Below, piece by piece: positions 8,007 to 15,341 of a stretch of 20,000 nt of DNA. Positions within the stretch are counted from its first letter, which is position 1. Every line of letters begins with the position of its first letter. The notes beneath the pieces were generated by a model. It was not told the DNA's origin and did no database searches. It worked only from the letters and a program-made list of their open reading frames with translations. The stretch is taken from IMG/VR virus record IMGVR_UViG_3300030376_004017, one strand, 5' to 3'. The DNA comes from an uncultured virus (IMG/VR IMGVR_UViG_3300030376_004017). Lineage: Duplodnaviria; Heunggongvirae; Uroviricota; Caudoviricetes. Both the position numbers and the translations under genes were made by a program.

Positions 8007-8878
8007 TGTTTCTGTCAGCTCAACCGAATAAGCGTGAGCTGAATGGGGATGGCGGTCATTGGTATTATCCCGATGGCCGCTCTCTTCATACAGTCCCAAA
8101 GAAAGATGGAACTGGTGAAAGAAACACCACTAAGGCTGACGCTAGAAAACTGGGTTTGTTTCCCAGTGTTACGGCAATAACAAAAATAGTTGCCAACCCA
8201 AGTCTTGATCGCTGGAAGCAAAACCAGATGCTTGAGGCTTGTGTAAATAATCCAATTGTAGGTGGAGAAGACACGGAAGAATACGGTGACAAGATGCGCC
8301 AGTTTGCTCAAAAGAAGATGGTGGATGCCAGAGCTTTTGGTTCTCTGTATCACAACGCAATTGACGAACTAAATAAAACTGGATTTCTCGACAGTAAGTA
8401 CGATGAGATAAAACCTTTTGTTAAACATTACATTCAATGGACTAGAGATCATTCTGTTTCCTTTGTTGACACCGAGTTTGTGTGTGTAAACAACAAACTT
8501 GGATACGCTGGCCAAGTAGACGGTTTAGCTGTCGTAGACGGTAAACTAACACTACTTGATTATAAGACTCAGGACGTTAAAGAAGACGCTAAAGGAAACC
8601 TTAAACCTAATTACTATGATAGTTGGGTTTGGCAGTTGGCAGCATATAAAAATGCAGATTGGGAAAACAAGCCGCCCCGAATCCAGCAAGTGATGAGTGT
8701 GGTTTTGTGTTCGCAATCACCTTGCTATCCGATTATGAAGGTTTGGACTTCACAAGAATTATCAAATGCTTGGAAGATATTCAAAGCCAGCTGCGCTATA
8801 TGGCAGCTTACAAACAAATTCAACCCCGCTGAAAATGCTAAGTTGATAAAAGAAAATGGGGAAGCAACAAAGAGATAA
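8006..8878 (+). CDS. PD-(D/E)XK (RecB/Cas4-like) phage exonuclease
   Basis: PSVT, GSLYH, YAGQVDG, LLDYKT and QLAAY motifs. Confidence 0.85.
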   Translation: MFLSAQPNKRELNGDGGHWYYPDGRSLHTVPKKDGTGERNTTKADARKLGLFPSVTAITKIVANPSLDRWKQNQMLEACVNNPIVGGEDTEEYGDKMRQFAQKKMVDARAFGSLYHNAIDELNKTGFLDSKYDEIKPFVKHYIQWTRDHSVSFVDTEFVCVNNKLGYAGQVDGLAVVDGKLTLLDYKTQDVKEDAKGNLKPNYYDSWVWQLAAYKNADWENKPPRIQQVMSVVLCSQSPCYPIMKVWTSQELSNAWKIFKASCAIWQLTNKFNPAENAKLIKENGEATKR

Positions 8879-9233
8879 AGGAAAACGTGGGGAAAGAGCT
8901 TGGCGGGACGAACTTCGTGCCGCTGGGTTCGATCCCGAAACGACCTACCGAACAAACCAATTTAGCGGCAAGTGTCCTGACGGTTCTCCTGACGTTCATT
9001 GCGGAGAGCTGCCAGACTTACACTTTGAAGTTAAAAACGTCGAGAAGCTTAACGTGTGGGCCGCTATGGACAGAGCTTTGGACGATACCCCCTTCGGGAA
9101 ACTGGCTGTGGTAGCCCATACAAAAAATAACCAAGGATTTTTAGTGACAATGACCAGCGAAGCTTTCTTTGACATCGTGAGAGAAAGCACCTTCGTAAAA
9201 CCTATGAAAAAAAATAAAGAAAATGACCATTGA
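8856..9233 (+). CDS. Holliday-junction-resolvase-like PD-(D/E)XK endonuclease
   Basis: QRDKGKRGER, PD, HFEVKNVEKLNVW motifs. Confidence 0.75.
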   Translation: MGKQQRDKGKRGERAWRDELRAAGFDPETTYRTNQFSGKCPDGSPDVHCGELPDLHFEVKNVEKLNVWAAMDRALDDTPFGKLAVVAHTKNNQGFLVTMTSEAFFDIVRESTFVKPMKKNKENDH

Positions 9234-9768
9234 AATGCCGGATGAAATATTAAAATCTAAATTATCACTGTCAGCCAAGCTGATCTGTTCAGTGATTTAC
9301 AGTTACCCTAGAGCGCAGCAAAAAGAGATCGCAAAGATTCTCGGAGTGACTAGACAAAGCATCTCTTCGGCCACTAGAGATGCCAAAAAACACAACCTCG
9401 ACAGCTTTACCTTATGTAAAGAATCCTTTACCTTATGTAAAGAATCCTTTACCCCAGACCCAGTAGTAAGTAAGTTAGTAGAAGAGGAGAAAGAAACCAA
9501 AACCCTAAAAGCAAAAACTCCGACGAAGGAGGAGGTTGAAGAGTACGGGGCCAAGCAGGGCGCGGCGGCAATCGTAGATGATTTTTTCCAGACCTATTCG
9601 GACAGAGGTTGGATGTCCAACGGTGAACCAATCAAAAACTGGAAGGCAATGTTTCGCTGGTGGAAAAACAACAAGCTTAACAATCAGCCAGCTGGAAATA
9701 CTAAACCAAAAAAGAAAATGTCCACAGAGGATGTCTTTTACGAGATGGACGCTGAAATCTACGGATGA
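9223..9768 (+). CDS. Replication initiator-like HTH protein
   Basis: LSLSAKLI...QKEIAKILGVTRQSIS HTH. C-terminal PTKEEV...FF.TY...GW...IKNWKA..RWW domain. Directly upstream of dnaB. Confidence 0.75.
   Translation: MTIEMPDEILKSKLSLSAKLICSVIYSYPRAQQKEIAKILGVTRQSISSATRDAKKHNLDSFTLCKESFTLCKESFTPDPVVSKLVEEEKETKTLKAKTPTKEEVEEYGAKQGAAAIVDDFFQTYSDRGWMSNGEPIKNWKAMFRWWKNNKLNNQPAGNTKPKKKMSTEDVFYEMDAEIYG
9405..9453. repeat. 21-nt tandem repeat (2.3 copies), putative iterons/origin
   Basis: CTTTACCTTATGTAAAGAATC at 9405-9425 and 9426-9446, plus partial CTTTACC. Each unit contains the dyad CTTTAC-N5-GTAAAG. Confidence 0.7.
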
Positions 9769-9797
9769 AAATAATCCTCACAATTTTAATCATTACT

Positions 9798-11159
9798 ATG
9801 AAACCAATACAAAAAATACCAAACGACCGTGATGCCGAGCTGGGCTTAATAGGCGCAGCAATCCAAGGCAAATTTGACGATATTCGCTCCGCTGGGGTGG
9901 ATGAAACTTTCTTCCACGACCTAAAGTGCCGTGGAATGTGGAAGAGAATAGAGGAACTGGAAAGTAACGGCGCGGTCATAACACTGGACACGCTGGCTCA
10001 CCAAGCCAAAGGTGAAGGGTCTTCTTTGACTTTGCCCGATGTACTGGAAGCAGAGTCAGCGTGTCCTTCTCCGCTCAACTGGAGTTATTGGGCTGAGATA
10101 TGTGACGAAAAACGAAAGGCAAGAATAGTCCAAGAAACTGGATTAAGATTAGCAGAAGAAGCTTCAGCTGTTGAAGACGTTGAACAATTGGTTAGCACAG
10201 CTGAGTCATTGGTCTTCTCCTTAACAGACCAAGTTACAACAAAAACAGACAACAGGAGTGATTCTTTTAAGCGTATTGTAGACACGCTTGAAGAAGCACA
10301 CAATGGTGGAAGGGTTGGTATAACCACTGGTTATAATTCCATCGACAAAATCCTCGGCGGGTTGCGTGGCGGTCAGCTGGTTACTATTGCTGCGCGACCC
10401 GCTGTAGGTAAATCTGCGCTGGCTGGTAACATCGCCGAAAAGCTGGTTATGAACGGGACTCCGGTTGCTTTCTTCAGCTATGAAATGACTCAGGATGAGT
10501 TGAACCTTAGAATGCTTTGCTCGTTATCTGATACAAACCTAATTGGAGACGTTATAAACGGAGGAGTTGAGGAGTCCGGTAATCGTATGCGGATAATGAA
10601 ACAAGCCGCAAGCTATGTTCCAAAATTAAACTCAGCACCAATTCACATTGTTGATAACGGAAACCTGACAGTATCACAAATTAGGAGTAATGCACGAAGG
10701 CTGGTTAAGGACGAAGGAGTAAAGCTGATAATTGTTGATTACATCCAGCTGATTAAACCAGCCGCCGAAGATCGACGCGCTCAAAGGCACGTTCAAGTTG
10801 GAAACATAACAGCTGAACTTAAACAGATGGCAATGGAGCTTAAAGTTCCTGTGATTGGGCTAGCTCAGTTAAACCGTGGAGTCGAGGGAGAAGCTAGGCG
10901 ACCTAGATTATCTGACCTCCGTGAATCGGGTTCAATTGAACAGGATTCAGATGTAGTTGCTTTCCTTTATATTGACGACCCAGCTATGAGAGATGGCCCC
11001 AATATGTTACTCAAGCTAGCTATCGGAAAGAACAGAGCGGGAAGACAAGGAGAGGTTGATCTTGTGTTTGTGAGAAACAAGATTCGGTTTGAAGACGCTT
11101 ACCAAAAGAAACACGAAACGTGGCTGAACGAGAAAAAGAAACAACTAGCAGACAGCTGA
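9798..11159 (+). CDS. dnaB: Replicative DNA helicase DnaB
   Basis: IPNDRDAE N-terminus, AARPAVGKS, FSYEM, IIVDYIQL, LAQLNR, RPRLSDLRESGSIEQDSD, KNRAG. Start is ATG 9798 or 9765. Confidence 0.96.
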   Translation: MKPIQKIPNDRDAELGLIGAAIQGKFDDIRSAGVDETFFHDLKCRGMWKRIEELESNGAVITLDTLAHQAKGEGSSLTLPDVLEAESACPSPLNWSYWAEICDEKRKARIVQETGLRLAEEASAVEDVEQLVSTAESLVFSLTDQVTTKTDNRSDSFKRIVDTLEEAHNGGRVGITTGYNSIDKILGGLRGGQLVTIAARPAVGKSALAGNIAEKLVMNGTPVAFFSYEMTQDELNLRMLCSLSDTNLIGDVINGGVEESGNRMRIMKQAASYVPKLNSAPIHIVDNGNLTVSQIRSNARRLVKDEGVKLIIVDYIQLIKPAAEDRRAQRHVQVGNITAELKQMAMELKVPVIGLAQLNRGVEGEARRPRLSDLRESGSIEQDSDVVAFLYIDDPAMRDGPNMLLKLAIGKNRAGRQGEVDLVFVRNKIRFEDAYQKKHETWLNEKKKQLADS

Positions 11160-11464
11160 CCGAAGACGAGCTTGTTGAGTATGCTCGCAAGCTTTTTGAC
11201 GGAAAGATTTTGTCCTATTGGCAAATGAAATCCCCGCCAAGCACGAAAGAAATGGAAATAGGATTTTCAATCAATACAGAAAACTTTTGCGAGCAAAGAA
11301 GAGAAGCCTATAAAAGGCGATCCTACTGGAAGGAGAGAGCGTTGAAACTTTTAAAAGATCCCAGATCAAAGCGGAACGATTTAGAAGCAGCTGAGATAGG
11401 AACGAGGTGGAACAATAAGCTAAACACCGAAGTGAAGGATCGAATAAAGCAGACGAAAAAATAG
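11120..11464 (+). CDS. Hypothetical protein (may be two short fused/overlapping units)
   Basis: ORF track. Overlaps the dnaB end on the same strand. Confidence 0.5.
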   Translation: MAEREKETTSRQLTEDELVEYARKLFDGKILSYWQMKSPPSTKEMEIGFSINTENFCEQRREAYKRRSYWKERALKLLKDPRSKRNDLEAAEIGTRWNNKLNTEVKDRIKQTKK

Positions 11465-11536
11465 TTTACACAGCTGGGCATAGAGTCGGCGGATGTCGCC
11501 GGACGGCGGTGGTTTTGTGGTTATTACCACCACATA

Positions 11537-11929
11537 GTGAACACCAGCTGCGTTTTTAGGAGGTGTGTGACAAATGACATTACAGCATTTAGTGAGCTGG
11601 TTAGCGCGGTCATTGTGCAAGCGTCAATTGACTTCGTGGACGCGCACAGATTTGGACTCATTAGCCAGAACTTATCCGTCAACTCGGAAAGAGTTAATGA
11701 GGTGCTGCGAGAATCGTATCCAACAAGATGCCCCCTTCCGAAATGGATGGAACCATCAGACGTTTACAGCTGTGTCAGTTTTTTATTCGAGTCAACAGCC
11801 CTTGAGGATGTCATCCCTACCAGCTGGGAAGTCAAGCCAGACGCAGTCAGGAGAGCCGTCGCCGAAGCAGCTTTTGAAGGTAAAGCTATGAATCACTTTT
11901 TCAACTTTGAAGGGATGCACAATGAATGA
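11537..11929 (+). CDS. Hypothetical phage protein (LVSAVIVQASID motif)
   Basis: ORF track. Overlaps the next gene. Start uncertain. Confidence 0.55.
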   Translation: MNTSCVFRRCVTNDITAFSELVSAVIVQASIDFVDAHRFGLISQNLSVNSERVNEVLRESYPTRCPLPKWMEPSDVYSCVSFLFESTALEDVIPTSWEVKPDAVRRAVAEAAFEGKAMNHFFNFEGMHNE

Positions 11930-12413
11930 AAGGAAAGAGAAGGCTAAAGCATATGAGGCTGACGTTGTTCAACTTGTAAAAAGAAAGCACCCTCATTGGG
12001 CCGTAGCAGAGCCTACAAACGATTACGCAACAGTTGACGGCATCGCATACCATAACACAAACCAACAGCTTATAGCGGTCTATGAGATCAAATGTCGCAA
12101 TCAATCATTTTCAGATTTAATATCCAAATATAATTCAGAGATGCTTGTTGACGCATCCAAGCTGGAATCAATGCGGATTATTAGCAGGATGTTACGCATC
12201 CCCAGCTACCTGTTCAGCTACCTGCTCAAAGATGGTGTCGTTCTTAAAACAAAAATAACGAACGACAACGGTCAATTTATTTGCGATAAAGTTGACGCAC
12301 AACAAATTGCTCCAGCTGGGCTGGACAAAGAAAACATCAGTAAGAAAATGTCGAAAGTAAAAATTGATGGCACAGAAATTCTCTCGACATCCGAAGCTAC
12401 CGGAGCAATCTAA
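11922..12413 (+). CDS. PD-(D/E)XK-like nuclease-fold protein
   Basis: YATVDG...AVYEIKCR motif. ATG at 11922. Confidence 0.65.
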   Translation: MNERKEKAKAYEADVVQLVKRKHPHWAVAEPTNDYATVDGIAYHNTNQQLIAVYEIKCRNQSFSDLISKYNSEMLVDASKLESMRIISRMLRIPSYLFSYLLKDGVVLKTKITNDNGQFICDKVDAQQIAPAGLDKENISKKMSKVKIDGTEILSTSEATGAI

Positions 12414-12876
12414 GCAAACCGAAAAACCTTTCCTCCTTGACTCCATAAAAGGATCAACTGCAAATTTAGGATCGCTAGGCGAGATGATGGCAGCCCTAGA
12501 GCTAATGCTTAACGGCTGGGAGGTTTACACTCAATCAATCTGCAACCCTTCAAATGCTTTCGATATGATCGCAGTGAAAGGCGAGGCAATTAAGCGTATA
12601 CAAGTTAAATCTACATCTAAAAAATACAACAATGGCAACAGGAAGAATAAAAAACACATTGTAAAAGTCTGTAAAAGAGATAAAGGAGAAAAGTCTCAAT
12701 ACAGCAAAAGCGACTGTGATTTTATTGTTATTGTGGTTATGGATGAAAGCTGGTTTTTTGTTATCCCAACGGAAAAGTTCAAATCTCAAACTGTTAGCAT
12801 TTACACTAACAACGAAAACCAAGTTTCTGGCTGGGTATCTGAGTATAAAGACGCTTGGGATTTGCTTGATGATTAA
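12367..12876 (+). CDS. PD-(D/E)XK endonuclease (I-Ssp6803I / group I intron-associated-like family)
   Basis: GSLGEMMAALELMLNGWEV, FDMIA, RIQVKST, YSKSDCDF, FFVIP, YKDAW motifs. Confidence 0.8.
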   Translation: MAQKFSRHPKLPEQSKQTEKPFLLDSIKGSTANLGSLGEMMAALELMLNGWEVYTQSICNPSNAFDMIAVKGEAIKRIQVKSTSKKYNNGNRKNKKHIVKVCKRDKGEKSQYSKSDCDFIVIVVMDESWFFVIPTEKFKSQTVSIYTNNENQVSGWVSEYKDAWDLLDD

Positions 12877-13079
12877 TTACAACTGGTGATAGTAATGTTG
12901 CTATTGGCAACAAGGCAACTACTGGCAACAATAATACAGCTATAGGCCAGCTACCAAAACCAAACTGTGTAATCATCTTCTGAAGCGTCTTCTGGTAAAA
13001 TATCGTAATTACTACTGGTGATCATAATACAGCTATTGGTAACACCATCACAGCAGGAAACAATAACATAGCTATAGGC
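12876..13079. repeat. Two 72-nt direct repeats, each made of two tail-fibre-repeat-like 33-nt units
   Basis: 12876-12947 reads ITTGDSNVAIG-NK-ATTGNNNTAIG and 13008-13079 reads ITTGDHNTAIG-NT-ITAGNNNIAIG. 54/72 nt identical. No ATG start, with in-frame stops at 12981 and 12996. Confidence 0.85.
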
Positions 13080-13122
13080 AAAAAAAATCCCCCGCCAGCT
13101 GTTAAGCTAACGGGGGTGTTTT
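13080..13122 (-). terminator. Intrinsic terminator between convergent blocks, probably bidirectional
   Basis: CCCCCG (13089-13094) / CGGGGG (13111-13116) stem, extended with G-U pairs on the - strand and followed there by T8. TGTTTT follows on the + strand. Confidence 0.8.
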
Positions 13123-13222
13123 AGTCTTCTTTATCACAACCAGAACATTCTTTAGGAGGTTTGCCACATTCCTCGCAATATTCTAGCTCCGAGTAATCAA
13201 ACTCTCTTTCGTAATCGTCCAT
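13121..13222 (-). CDS. Acidic CxxC-x5-CxxC micro-protein (33 aa)
   Basis: MDDYEREFDYSELEYCEECGKPPKECSGCDKED. Fits between the rlpA-like stop and the terminator. Confidence 0.55.
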   Translation of the reverse strand: MDDYEREFDYSELEYCEECGKPPKECSGCDKED

Positions 13223-13223
13223 T

Positions 13224-13586
13224 TCATTTTTTCAGTATTGTCATTTTAATTTTAAGCAATCCAGCTTCACAGCTGGCCAAGCGAGAGAAGGCTTCTTTGG
13301 AAAGATCCAACTCTCTGCCTTTTATAAATGGGCCTCTGTCGTTTATCGTCACAATAACGAAACGAGATTTTCCCAGCTGGCAACGAACCTTAGTACCGAA
13401 GGGCAACGTTCTATGCGCTGCCGTCAGCTTGTCGGGATTATAAATCTCTCCCGAAGCGGTCGGCCTACCTCTGAATCTCTCGCCATACCAGCTGACAATA
13501 ACTTCCTTCCCAGCTGGCTCTTGTTTTCCGGTTGCGAAAAGGGCGGCGGCTATTGCCGCCAACCCGATTGATAATTTAAGTTTCAT
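13224..13586 (-). CDS. rlpA: RlpA-like double-psi beta-barrel lytic transglycosylase with N-terminal signal/anchor
   Basis: SWYG..F.GRPTASGE.Y....LTAAHRTLPFGT.V...V.INDRGPF..GR.LDLS..AF. Confidence 0.9.
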   Translation of the reverse strand: MKLKLSIGLAAIAAALFATGKQEPAGKEVIVSWYGERFRGRPTASGEIYNPDKLTAAHRTLPFGTKVRCQLGKSRFVIVTINDRGPFIKGRELDLSKEAFSRLASCEAGLLKIKMTILKK

Positions 13587-13592
13587 AATTTA

Positions 13593-13784
13593 TTATTCAA
13601 AGCACCCTACTCTTTTAAGCTCTTCCCATTTGAGTGACCATTGCTCGAACTGTTTTAGCTGCTCTAGCACCTCGTTATGTTCGTACGGGGCTTGTTCTTT
13701 AGTGAGGCGGTGTCTCGCATTATCGCCAAAGGCGATTTCGTATACTTCGTCTATGAATTTTTGATCTGTCATTTTAAGCTTCAT
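13593..13784 (-). CDS. Hypothetical phage protein (FIDEVYEIAFGDNA)
   Basis: ORF track. Tightly packed on the - strand. Confidence 0.65.
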   Translation of the reverse strand: MKLKMTDQKFIDEVYEIAFGDNARHRLTKEQAPYEHNEVLEQLKQFEQWSLKWEELKRVGCFE

Positions 13785-13957
13785 AACTCAATATTCTTTC
13801 CGTCCTTTTTCAACAAGACAGGAGTCACTTCTATATTTGAACCCTCCCAAGGCCGTCGATGGCTAGGCTTATGATTGCGACTAATATTAGGAAACAATCT
13901 CTTTTTAGTTGCAGAGGTATGTTTCCGTTTTCTGTTTTTAGGTTTCTGTTTTTTCAT
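13781..13957 (-). CDS. Basic hypothetical protein (58 aa)
   Basis: MKKQKPKNRKRKHTSATKKRLFPNISRNHKPSHRRPWEGSNIEVTPVLLKKDGKNIEL. ATGA overlaps at both ends. Confidence 0.6.
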   Translation of the reverse strand: MKKQKPKNRKRKHTSATKKRLFPNISRNHKPSHRRPWEGSNIEVTPVLLKKDGKNIEL

Positions 13958-14163
13958 CGTCTCATATAGTCCTTTAATGTTTTAGCTGACCTGTGGGCTT
14001 TAATATTTTTGATGGCTTGGTTTTTCATATCGGCCTCAAGCATATCCATAAACTCAGCTGACACTCTGGTGAAGCCGGACTTTGGCCTGTGCATTTTGCA
14101 CATATCCAAAATCCAGAGCTTCAACAAAGATCGAACCAATAAACTTTTAATTATTCTACTCAT
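13954..14163 (-). CDS. Putative histone-fold protein
   Basis: LLVRSLLK ... RVSAEFMDMLEADMKNQAIKNIKAHRSAKTL resembles the alpha1 / RVS-alpha2 / KT(V/L) pattern of minimal prokaryotic histones. Confidence 0.5.
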   Translation of the reverse strand: MSRIIKSLLVRSLLKLWILDMCKMHRPKSGFTRVSAEFMDMLEADMKNQAIKNIKAHRSAKTLKDYMRR

Positions 14164-14570
14164 CAGTCGAATACTAAAAATTCAAAAGTAGGGTTCTTGT
14201 GGCTGTCGCTTACTTGATCGTCAGCTACCCAGCTGACAGCGTTTTCCAGCTCCTCAAAACTCAGCTTAACGTCAATTGACTCGCCGTTACTCCGATCAGT
14301 TCCTAATACTAAACACTTACCGCATAGAGGATTTGGATTAGATGTTTTAACCACTGAGTTCTTAAATTTGAACCAGTGTTTTTCGCCGTCGTTTAGTAGA
14401 CCTTCGTCATCAACGTAAGCGGTGTCTTCGTTTGACAAGTAGCTACCGACGCAAAAATATCTTGCTCCGATAAGCTCTGAAATAGCTTGCCATTCCTCTG
14501 CTACATCTACAGATGTGATGCGGCGTTGCTCTGGGTCAATTAAATAACCTTTCATAGTTTTGTCTTTCAT
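14163..14570 (-). CDS. DUF3846-like protein
   Basis: GYLIDP, ISELIGA, YVDDEGLL, PLCGKCLVLG motifs. Confidence 0.75.
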   Translation of the reverse strand: MKDKTMKGYLIDPEQRRITSVDVAEEWQAISELIGARYFCVGSYLSNEDTAYVDDEGLLNDGEKHWFKFKNSVVKTSNPNPLCGKCLVLGTDRSNGESIDVKLSFEELENAVSWVADDQVSDSHKNPTFEFLVFD

Positions 14571-14803
14571 AGTTCTGTTTCTTTTGTGAATAGTTTTGTA
14601 AAACACCTTACTAAGGGGTTTGATTTTGTTGTCTTTTTATTTTTCATAAATGCGCTTGGATCTCTGGCTTCTGTTAAGCATACGATTTGCGCTCCTTCAA
14701 CTGCTCCTATAGCTGAATATAACTTATTCAGCTGGCAATCTTTAACTGTTATCCCGATGAATTTTTTATTGCTTTCCATTTTATTAGTTCCTTGAAAAAG
14801 CAA
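14567..14803 (-). CDS. Hypothetical protein
   Basis: ORF track. ATGA overlap with the downstream gene. Start may be the internal ATG (MESNKK). Confidence 0.5.
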   Translation of the reverse strand: MLFQGTNKMESNKKFIGITVKDCQLNKLYSAIGAVEGAQIVCLTEARDPSAFMKNKKTTKSNPLVRCFTKLFTKETEL

Positions 14804-15161
14804 TTGGTGAAATTGCTTCGGGATTATCTTCTAATGTCTTCTTTGCAACTTCTTTGGCTATAAGATCCGTAAACCTGCAAAGGAAACAACTCGCTTTGAC
14901 AAGTAGACGAACATTTTCATTTTCGTCTAAAGCTTTATCCCAAGCTTCCTCGAACTCTTCCGGCCCTTCACTCTCCTGCATTACTTCAATAGTTTGCCTT
15001 AGTACCGAGTGAATAGCTTCAGCCAGCACGTCGCTCAAACCTTGTGAAACACACCCAGCTGACATTGCCAGCTCTGCCTTACTTGATTTGTCGAACAGCT
15101 CATCACTGTTTGTAATAGCAGTTTCAAGTGCTGCTCTTCTTAATTTATCTAAGTCTTTCAT
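14784..15161 (-). CDS. Hypothetical acidic helical protein
   Basis: ORF track. First gene after the repeated leader element. Confidence 0.65.
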   Translation of the reverse strand: MKDLDKLRRAALETAITNSDELFDKSSKAELAMSAGCVSQGLSDVLAEAIHSVLRQTIEVMQESEGPEEFEEAWDKALDENENVRLLVKASCFLCRFTDLIAKEVAKKTLEDNPEAISPIAFSRN

Positions 15162-15172
15162 TATTTTATTTT

Positions 15173-15265
15173 ATGAGGCACACGACCTCCATCAACCAAT
15201 CCAAATTGGATTGGCTGAAAGTGGGAGTGTATCTATTACTCGAAAACTAAAACAAAATGTTCAGC
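15173..15265 (-). promoter_or_regulatory. Repeated promoter-like motif plus structured leader, copy 1
   Basis: CTCCATCAACCAATCC..GGATTGGCTGAAAGTG (15187-15223) also at 18365-18400. TTACTC-N17-GTTCAGC (15236-15265) also at 18416-18445 and 19616-19645. Confidence 0.7.
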
Positions 15266-15341
15266 ACCTCCTCACCGAAGCAGTAAAATAAAACTGCTCC
15301 GGCTAAGAGTATTGCCGCCGAAAAGAAGTCAATGATAGTAT

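Noticed and set aside
8006..8878. Cas4 of a CRISPR system
   Set aside because: No four-Cys Fe-S pattern and no cas1/cas2. The context (SSB-like protein, resolvase) indicates a phage recombination exonuclease.
11484..11533. GC-rich hairpins (CGGCG/CGCCG, GGTGGT/ACCACC) as a terminator or ncRNA
   Set aside because: Stems are short, there is no clean U-tract, and the element is single-copy, so support is insufficient.
12876..13079. CRISPR array or DGR template repeat
   Set aside because: There is no invariant repeat alternating with unique spacers and no cas operon. No reverse transcriptase is in the window, and no long near-identical variable region differing only at adenines was seen. An RT outside the window cannot be excluded.
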